Position numbers and translations under genes: made by a program. The notes below the pieces were generated by a model that saw only the letters and a list, made by a program, of their open reading frames with translations, ran no database searches and had not been told where the DNA came from. Below are positions 1 to 5,926 of a DNA stretch of 10,592 nt, one piece after another (positions within the stretch are counted from its first letter, which is position 1; each line of letters opens with the position of its first letter). This DNA comes from Candidatus Methylomirabilia bacterium. Lineage in GTDB: Bacteria > Methylomirabilota > Methylomirabilia > Rokubacteriales > CSP1-6. The DNA is taken from positions 1 through 10,592 of the forward strand of contig JBGPXN010000160.1 in NCBI GenBank assembly GCA_041492755.1. The letters are read 5' to 3'.

Positions 1-465
1 CCGCATCCGATGCTCTACGACTTCGTCACCAACATCTACACGCGGCCCGAGACGGGCGACATGATCCTCGTCGGTCCCCTCGATTCCGAAGAGCTGAACG
101 ATCGCGCCGACCCGGACGCGTACCGCGAAGGCCTCAACCTGGACGAGAAGACGGATCTGCTCGCGCGCGCGGCCACGCGCTTTCCCGTGCTCGAGCGCGG
201 CGGGGTGCTGCACAGCTACGCCGGCTGCTTCGACGTCACCCCCGACTGGCACCCGGTCATCGACGAAACCGGACCGGACGGCTTCTACGTCGCCGCCGGC
301 TTCTCCGGCCACGGCTTCAAGCTCTCCCCCGCGATCGGCGAGATGGTGGCGAACCTCGTCGTCGACGGCAAGAAACCCGACGACGACGTGCACGCCTTCC
401 GCCTCTCGCGCTTCGCCGAAGGCAAGCCGATCCGCGGCACCTACGGCGACTGGCTGATGTGCTGA
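1..465 (+). CDS. FAD-dependent oxidoreductase, DAO / sarcosine oxidase beta / glycine oxidase-like family (C-terminal part, 5' end outside the window)
   Basis: Frame is open from base 1 (CCG CAT CCG ATG). Translation has the family's C-terminal motifs: Y-x-R-P (IYTRPE), SYAGCFDVTPDWHPVID and AAGFSGHGFKLSPAIGEMVA, then FRLSRF. The N-terminal GxGxxG is not in the window. Stop TGA 463-465. Confidence 0.9.
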   Translation, partial: PHPMLYDFVTNIYTRPETGDMILVGPLDSEELNDRADPDAYREGLNLDEKTDLLARAATRFPVLERGGVLHSYAGCFDVTPDWHPVIDETGPDGFYVAAGFSGHGFKLSPAIGEMVANLVVDGKKPDDDVHAFRLSRFAEGKPIRGTYGDWLMC

Positions 466-486
466 GCGCGCCAGCCCGGTGCCGCC

Positions 487-529
487 CGCGAACACCGCGA
501 CGGACCGCGATCGCGAACACCACGATGGA
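487..529 (+). repeat. Imperfect 18-bp direct repeat upstream of the selenoprotein start
   Basis: CGCGAACACCGCGACGGA (487-504) vs CGCGAACACCACGATGGA (512-529): 16/18 identical, period 25 nt. The second copy runs into the SD. Confidence 0.6.
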
Positions 530-538
530 GCGTGAATC

Positions 539-2137
539 ATGAGCGAGATCACCGTCTGGAGTCCCCTGGGGATCAACCGCGTCGAGGCCCGGCCGATCAC
601 GCCCCGGCTCGCCTCCCTCGACGGCGTGACGCTCGGGATCCTGAACAACAGCAAGCCCAACTCCCTACGCCTTCAGCAGCACGTGATCGAGCGGCTGGCC
701 AAGCGCTTCAGGCTCGCCGGCGTCGTCACCAAGCAGAAGCCCAACGCCGCCGTGGGCGCCGAGAAGCTCGACGTGTGGGCGCGGGAGGTCGGGGCCGTCG
801 TCACGGCCATCGGCGATTGAGGGTCGTGCACGTCGTGGTGTATCCACGACTCGATCGAGCTGGAAAAGCACGGCATCCCCACCGTCACCATCTGCACCGA
901 CGCCTTCCTGGGACTGGCCCGCGACGAATCGCGGAGCCTCGGCCTGCCGGATCTGCCGCTGGCGATCATTCAGCATCCGATCGGCGGTGAAGCGCCGGGC
1001 GTCATCGAGCAGCGCGCCGAGGACGCGGTGGCGCAGGTGATCGAGGGGCTGATCGGCAACGGGCGTGACCCAGCCGGCGGCCGCGTGTCGGCGGCGGGAC
1101 CGGCGCCGGAGCGTCTCACCTTCGCGAGCGACGACGCGCTGCTGGAGGCGTACCACGCGCGACGCTGGACCGACGGCTTGCCGTTCGTGCCGCCCACCGA
1201 GGAGCGCGTGCGCGCGATGGTGGCCGGCGCCGGCCGGCGCCGCTCCGACGTGATCGCGGTGGTGCCGCCGCGCTGGGCCGAGGCCACGGTAGAAAACGTG
1301 GCCGTCAACGCGGTCATGGCCGGCTGCCTGCCCCGGTACATGCCCGTCCTCATCGCCGCCATCCAGGCCGCGTGCGACCCGGCGTTCGGTCTCTACAGCG
1401 TGCAGGCCACCACCCACCCGTGCGCGGTCCTCATGCTCATCTCGGGGCCGATCATCGACGCGCTCGGATTGAACTTCGCGCATGGCGCGTTCGGCCCCGG
1501 CTTCCGGGCCAATGCTGCGCTCGGCCGCGCCATGCGGCTCGTGCTGATGAACGTGGGCGGCGGCATCCCCGGGCAGGGCGACCAGTCCACGCACGGCTCG
1601 CCGGCGAAGTTCAGCTACTGCATCGCCGAGAACGAGGCGGCCACGCCGTGGGAGCCGTTCCGGGTCACGCGCGGCTTCGCGGCGGCCGACAGCACCGTGA
1701 CCGTGTTCTCCGGCGAGGGGCCGCACAACATCAACGACCACGTCTGCACCTCCGCCCACACCGTTCTCACCGTTGTCGCCGACACCATGACGACGATCGG
1801 CCACAACAACGCGGGCTCCGTCATGCGCGGCGACGTGCTGGTGGCCTTCGGACCCGAGCACGCCCACACCATCGCCTCCGGTGGGCTGAGCAAGCGCGAC
1901 GTCCAGCAGTTCCTCTTCGAGCGCGCCCGCAACAAGGTGGGCCTGCTCAAGCTGCGCGCGATGTACAAGGCCACCAACTGGCCGGACTGGGTGAACCCCG
2001 ACGACGACGAGGCCCTCTGCCCGATCGTGGGGACGCCGGACGACGTCCACATCGTGGTGACCGGCGGGCCGGGCAAGCACTCGGCGTTCATCCCAACCTT
2101 CGGCACGTCGAAGTCGGTGACGCGCAAGATCGACTGA
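539..2137 (+). CDS. UGSC-family selenoprotein fused to a conserved uncharacterised 'WTDGLPxVPPT' domain; 532 aa, Sec at codon 94 (TGA 818-820)
   Basis: ATG 539 with SD GGAG at 527-530. ORFs 539..820 and 1028..2137 share a frame and there is no stop in 821-1027. Readthrough gives ...GILNNSKPN...KQKP...AVVTAIGD-U-GSCTSWCIHDSIELEKHGIPTVTICTDAFLGLARDESRSLGLPDLPLAIIQHPIGG..., a UGSC-type domain. An Ala/Gly/Pro linker then leads to WTDGLPFVPPTEERV...AVNAVMAGC...ATTHPC...GPGFRANAALGRA...HGSPAKFSYCIAENE...VVTGGPGKHS. A SECIS-like hairpin lies directly after the UGA. Confidence 0.9.
822..856 (+). promoter_or_regulatory. Bacterial SECIS (Sec insertion) element
   Basis: Perfect 7-bp stem GUCGUGG(832-838)/CCACGAC(844-850) closing a 5-nt loop UGUAU(839-843) with G at loop position 2. 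The upper stem starts after an 11-nt spacer from the UGA. Possible lower stem GGUCG(822-826)/CGAUC(852-856). This fits the bacterial SECIS model of a small G-containing apical loop a short fixed distance 3' of the UGA. Confidence 0.8.
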
Positions 2138-2195
2138 GCCGGCGCGGCGGCCAACACCTTCGCCATCGATGGGGGCAAGCTTGGCCGGGCCAGTC

Positions 2196-2223
2196 TTCAC
2201 GACGCCACGACGCGGATTACAAT
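2196..2223 (+). promoter_or_regulatory. Putative sigma70-type promoter for the DUF4286-like / hydrolase genes
   Basis: TTCACG (2196-2201), 16 nt spacer, TACAAT (2218-2223), in an otherwise GC-rich 154-nt intergenic region. Confidence 0.45.
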
Positions 2224-2291
2224 GGGACGCCGGCTCGGGCGGAGTCGTGGCCGCGAGGCAACCGGCAATCCTGGAAGACGGAGGCCGACTC

Positions 2292-2954
2292 ATGGCAAAA
2301 GGTCTTCTGATCGCGGCGATGAACATGGGGAACGTCCCTGATGACGAGTTCCACGACTGGTACGACACGGAACACCTGCCGGAACGGCAGCGGGTGCCGG
2401 GTTTTCTCGTGTGCCAGCGCTGGATGGGGACGGAAACCCGCACGGCCTCGGTGGCGACCTACGATCTCGCCGACGTCGCGGTGTTGAAGAGCCCGGCCTA
2501 TGTGGCGATCGCCGGCGAGAACCTGTCGCCCTGGTCCAAGCGCGTCACCAGCCAGGTCGAGCGCCTGATGCGCTTCGAGGGCGAGCAGATCCAGCCCGGT
2601 GAGCAGCTCCCACCCGACGGTGCGCGCGGGCTGCTGGTGAACGCGATGAACGTCGCGCCCGAAGTCGAGGCCGAGTTCAACGAGTGGTACGACAAGGAGC
2701 ACGTCCCCGCGCTGTCCGCGGTCCCGGGCGTCCTGTGCGCCCGTCGTTTCCGCGGCACCAGCGGCAACCGCAAGTACGTGGCGCTCTATCACCTGGCCAC
2801 TCCTGACGTGCAGGAGTCAGCCGAGTGGAAGCAGGCGCGCGAAAGCGATTGGACGAACCGACTGAAACCCCATTTCCGCGATCACCTGCGGCTCGTCTGC
2901 CGTCGCTACGTCACGCGCCGGCTCGTCGGCTTCGGCTCCGACGCGAAATCCTGA
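2292..2954 (+). CDS. Tandem EthD/DUF4286-like (dimeric alpha+beta barrel) domain protein, 220 aa
   Basis: ATG 2292 preceded by GGAGG (2280-2284), preferred to the ORF-track start at 2169. Two internal repeats: GLLIAAMN...EFHDWYDTEHLPERQRVPGFLVCQRW and GLLVNAMN...EFNEWYDKEHVPALSAVPGVLCARRF. The EFxxWYxxEH-P-VPG pattern is typical of EthD/DUF4286-like proteins. Confidence 0.8.
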   Translation: MAKGLLIAAMNMGNVPDDEFHDWYDTEHLPERQRVPGFLVCQRWMGTETRTASVATYDLADVAVLKSPAYVAIAGENLSPWSKRVTSQVERLMRFEGEQIQPGEQLPPDGARGLLVNAMNVAPEVEAEFNEWYDKEHVPALSAVPGVLCARRFRGTSGNRKYVALYHLATPDVQESAEWKQARESDWTNRLKPHFRDHLRLVCRRYVTRRLVGFGSDAKS

Positions 2955-2963
2955 TGCCGTCAC

Positions 2964-3773
2964 GTGCCCGCCTTGGCTAGTCCCGCGACGACCGACTCGG
3001 CTCCGTTGATGGCGGTGCACACCTCTGGCCGTGGGCCCGACGTCGTGCTCTTTCACGGAGGCATGGGGTCGTGGCGGCACTGGGCCCGGAACGTCGGCCC
3101 GTTGTCCGAGCGCTTCACCGTGCACGCGCTCGATCACCCCTCGTACGGCGCCTCGGCCCCGGTGCCGCGGGAAACCACGCACGCGGAGTATCTGGATCTC
3201 GTGCACCGGCTCTTCGTCGAGATGTTCCCGGGCGCCACGCCGCTCCGCTTCGCCGGCTTCTCCTTCGGGGGCGCGATCGCGACGAATCTCGCTCGACGGC
3301 TCGGTGAGCGCGTGACCCACTTGTGCCTGGTCTCGCCGGCCGGATTTCCCGCTCGCAAATTTGCCGACCGGCCGACCCGCAGCTACCGCGAGGCCGGAGA
3401 CGACGAGCGGAAGTTCCGCGAGATCTGCCGGCACAACCTCCTCGTGAACATGCTCGCGAGCCCGGAGAGCGTTTCGGAAGAAACCGTCGACATCCAGGCG
3501 TACTGCGTGCGCCACTCACGGTTCAACAGCCGCAAGGTCAGCGCCGGCGGCACGCTGCTGGGCGACCTCGCGCACGTGATGGGCCGCGTGCGCGTGCTCT
3601 GGGGCGAAAAGGACGATTCGCCGTTCCGGCCGGCTCACCTGCTGCTCGGCGAGATCCGAGCCGTGATTCCCGAGCTCGACCTGCACCGCATCCCGGGCGC
3701 CGGGCACTGGTCGGCGTACGAGAACGCGCCCGAGGTCAACCGCCGCATGCTGGAGTTCTTCACGAAAACCTGA
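2964..3773 (+). CDS. Alpha/beta-fold hydrolase (start GTG 2964 or ATG 3009)
   Basis: VVLFHGGMG oxyanion motif, VHALDHPSYGAS, nucleophile elbow GFSFGG (Ser codon 3261-3263), VLWGEKDD acid region and catalytic His in IPGAGHW...ENAPEVN. Confidence 0.92.
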   Translation: MPALASPATTDSAPLMAVHTSGRGPDVVLFHGGMGSWRHWARNVGPLSERFTVHALDHPSYGASAPVPRETTHAEYLDLVHRLFVEMFPGATPLRFAGFSFGGAIATNLARRLGERVTHLCLVSPAGFPARKFADRPTRSYREAGDDERKFREICRHNLLVNMLASPESVSEETVDIQAYCVRHSRFNSRKVSAGGTLLGDLAHVMGRVRVLWGEKDDSPFRPAHLLLGEIRAVIPELDLHRIPGAGHWSAYENAPEVNRRMLEFFTKT

Positions 3774-4203
3774 CGTCGAGGGGAAGCAACAACACCCGCG
3801 TGCGGCGGACCGTGATGCCCTCTTCCCCGCCGAGATCAGGCCGGGTGATGACGACTCGGATGCCGTGGCGCGCCGTCACGAGGACGGGGCTCGCTTCGCG
3901 CGCGCGGACGTACCAGGCACGGTCTCCCGGTCTCAGTCTCCGGCTCACCACGAGGCCGACCGACCCAGTGAGCGGGCGCCAGCGAACCCGAAGCGGTCGA
4001 AGCACGAGACCGAGACCGACCGCAACCAGGGCGATCATCGCCGGCGCGTTGCCCGATCCCCCACCCAACGCTGCCATCGTCACGCCCCACACACCGACCC
4101 ACGCCACGACGGCGTCGAGCCCGCGCAACCAGCGCAGGCGGGACATCCAGCTCGCGACGGCGTGCGGGATGGGTCGGATCGGAGTCCTCATGCTTGAAGC
4201 CAT
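3760..4203 (-). CDS. Hypothetical small membrane protein (two predicted TM helices plus a basic C-terminal beta-rich domain); start ATG 4203 or 4191
   Basis: Hydrophobic segments LDAVVAWVGVWGVTMAALG and AMIALVAVGLGLVL. Fills the gap between two clear genes and overlaps the hydrolase 3' end by 14 nt convergently. No recognised family. Confidence 0.65.
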   Translation of the reverse strand: MASSMRTPIRPIPHAVASWMSRLRWLRGLDAVVAWVGVWGVTMAALGGGSGNAPAMIALVAVGLGLVLRPLRVRWRPLTGSVGLVVSRRLRPGDRAWYVRAREASPVLVTARHGIRVVITRPDLGGEEGITVRRTRVLLLPLDVRFS

Positions 4204-4222
4204 GATAGGCGCGGTATAGCAT
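4194..4222 (+). promoter_or_regulatory. Putative sigma70 promoter giving a leaderless mRNA for the LLM monooxygenase
   Basis: TTGAAG (4194-4199), 17 nt spacer, TAGCAT (4217-4222), then 7 nt to ATG 4230. No SD sequence in front of the ATG. Confidence 0.6.
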
Positions 4223-4229
4223 CGCGCGC

Positions 4230-5330
4230 ATGCCCGTCGAGTTCGTCGGCATGATCGGCGTGCGCCCCGAGGGCGCCGACGGCGCGGCCGTCCACGTCAT
4301 CGGTGGCGCCATCGATCGCCACTGGACCCGCGACTTCGCGCAGGCGCACGAGCGCGCCGGCTTCGACCGCGTCCTCGTCGGCTACACCTCCACGTCGGCG
4401 GACGGCTTTCTGGTGACGGCATATGCCGCATCGGTTACCGAGCGTCTCGGTTATCTCCTCGCCCACCGCCCCGGCTTCATGGCGCCCACGCTGGCCGCCC
4501 GCAAGGCGGCGACGCTGGACCATTTCACGGGCGGGCGCGTCGCGCTCCACGTCATCACCGGGGGCAGCGATGGCGAGCAGGCGCGCGACGGCGATTGGCT
4601 CGATCACGACACGCGCTACCGCCGCACCGACGAGTACCTCGACCTCATGCGCCGCGTGTGGACGTCCGAGACGCCGTTCGACTACGCGGGCGAGTTTTAC
4701 CGGGTCAAGCAGGCGTTCTCGGACGTCAAGCCGCTGCAGACGCCGGCCATTCCGCTCTACTTCGGCGGCGCCTCGGGGCCGGCGCCCGCCGTGGGCGCCA
4801 AGCACTGCGACGTCTACGCGCTGTGGGGCGAGCCGCTGGCCGCCGTGCGCGAGCGCATGGCCGAGGTGCGGGCGCTCGCCGCCGGCGTCGGCCGCGAGGT
4901 GCGCTTCAGTGTCTCGACCCGGCCCATCATTGCGCCCACGGAAGCGAAGGCATGGGAGCGCGCGCGCGACATCCTCGCCCGCGTGCGCGCGGGCCAGCCG
5001 TCAATTGTCGGTGAAGGCCCCGGCATCCGGCCTCAGGCCGAGGGCGCACGCCGTCTGATCGACTTCGCGGCGCAGTCCGAGATCCACGACAAGCGCCTGT
5101 GGATGCCAATCGCCGCCGCCATGGGCGGCGCCGGCAACACCACCGCGCTGGTGGGGACGCCCGAGCAGGTGGCGGAATCGCTCCTCGACTACTACGACGC
5201 GGGCGCCACCACCCTCCTGATCCGCGGCTTCGATCCGCTGAACGACGCGATCGAGTACGGCCGCGAGCTGATCCCGCTGGTCCGCGCGGCAGTCGCGCGC
5301 CGCGACCGCGCCGCCGCCGTCACCGCGTGA
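4230..5330 (+). CDS. LLM-class (luciferase-like) flavin-dependent monooxygenase, SsuD/MsuD-related
   Basis: AQAHERAGFDRVLVG, TERLGYLLAHRPGFMAPTLAARKAATLDHFTGGRVALHVITGG, RYRRTDEYL, FDYAGEFYRV, PLYFGGAS, DVYALWGEP and TALVGTPEQVA are typical motifs of alkanesulfonate-monooxygenase-like LLM enzymes. Substrate cannot be determined from sequence. Confidence 0.93.
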   Translation: MPVEFVGMIGVRPEGADGAAVHVIGGAIDRHWTRDFAQAHERAGFDRVLVGYTSTSADGFLVTAYAASVTERLGYLLAHRPGFMAPTLAARKAATLDHFTGGRVALHVITGGSDGEQARDGDWLDHDTRYRRTDEYLDLMRRVWTSETPFDYAGEFYRVKQAFSDVKPLQTPAIPLYFGGASGPAPAVGAKHCDVYALWGEPLAAVRERMAEVRALAAGVGREVRFSVSTRPIIAPTEAKAWERARDILARVRAGQPSIVGEGPGIRPQAEGARRLIDFAAQSEIHDKRLWMPIAAAMGGAGNTTALVGTPEQVAESLLDYYDAGATTLLIRGFDPLNDAIEYGRELIPLVRAAVARRDRAAAVTA

Positions 5331-5899
5331 CCGCGTTCCTCGCCGTCGTCGGCGCCGTGACACCGCCCGGCCGACTCAACGCGGCCGTGGCGACCACCGT
5401 CGAGGTCGCCGCCTCGCGGCCCGGCGTGACGGCGTCGATGCTGAGCCTCGCCGACCATCGCGTGTCCTTCGCCGACGGCCGCCCGCTCGACACGTTCACC
5501 GACGATACCGCGTCGGTCGTCGCCCGCGTGACCGCCGCCGACGTCGTGCTGCTCGCGAGCCCCGTCTACCGCGGCACGTTCACGGGCGCGCTCAAGAACC
5601 TGCTGGACCTGACCCCGGTGGAGGGGCTGCGCGACAAGCCGGTGGGGATCGTCGCCATGGGCGCGACCCTGCACCACTATCTCGGCGTGGACTGGCAGCT
5701 CCGCGGCGTCCTCGCGTGGTTCGGCGCGCTGGTGGCGCCGACGAGCGTGTATCTCGAGTCGTCGCACTTCCGTGAAGGCCGCCTGGTCGACGACGCCGCC
5801 CGCGCCGCGCTGTCCAACCTCGTCGACACGCTCCTGGCGCTGAGCCGGGGCGTCAAGGGGCCCTTCGGCCCGCCACCGCTCGCCGCCGGCCGCGGCTAG
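5327..5899 (+). CDS. NADPH-dependent FMN reductase (SsuE/MsuE-like flavodoxin fold), 190 aa
   Basis: GTG 5327 overlaps the LLM stop (GTGA), suggesting translational coupling. Motifs ADVVLLASPVYRGTFTGALKNLLD, LRDKPVGIVAMG and HYLGVDWQLRGVL. Confidence 0.92.
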   Translation: MTAFLAVVGAVTPPGRLNAAVATTVEVAASRPGVTASMLSLADHRVSFADGRPLDTFTDDTASVVARVTAADVVLLASPVYRGTFTGALKNLLDLTPVEGLRDKPVGIVAMGATLHHYLGVDWQLRGVLAWFGALVAPTSVYLESSHFREGRLVDDAARAALSNLVDTLLALSRGVKGPFGPPPLAAGRG

Positions 5900-5926
5900 C
5901 CGCAACTTCGGACCAGCCGTCAGCGG

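Noticed and set aside
460..990. Second possible Sec: the oxidoreductase ends ...LMC-TGA (Cys-UGA)
   Set aside because: The protein ends where DAO-family proteins normally end. Readthrough would enter the Arg-rich 532..990 shadow frame overlapping the selenoprotein gene, and I see no convincing SECIS-like hairpin at the right distance.
539..1027. Pseudogene with a premature stop at 818-820
   Set aside because: The stop is UGA exactly at the redox-motif position, has a SECIS-like hairpin behind it, and the gene shows no other lesions.
1028..2137. Independent 369-aa gene starting at GTG 1028
   Set aside because: This GTG lies within the last helix of the UGSC domain in a continuous frame, and only a weak GAGGA precedes it. 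The fusion explains the data better, though an internal start cannot be fully excluded.
2169..2291. N-terminal extensions in the ORF track (2169 for the DUF4286-like gene; likewise 5099 for the FMN reductase)
   Set aside because: Better starts exist: ATG 2292 with GGAGG, and GTG 5327 coupled to the upstream stop. The extensions look non-coding or overlap another gene.
665..2443. 592-aa minus-strand ORF and other long antisense or alternate-frame ORFs (1372..2310, 3323..4219, 5192..5905)
   Set aside because: Shadow frames of real high-GC genes, with Arg/His/Gly-biased composition and no recognisable motifs.
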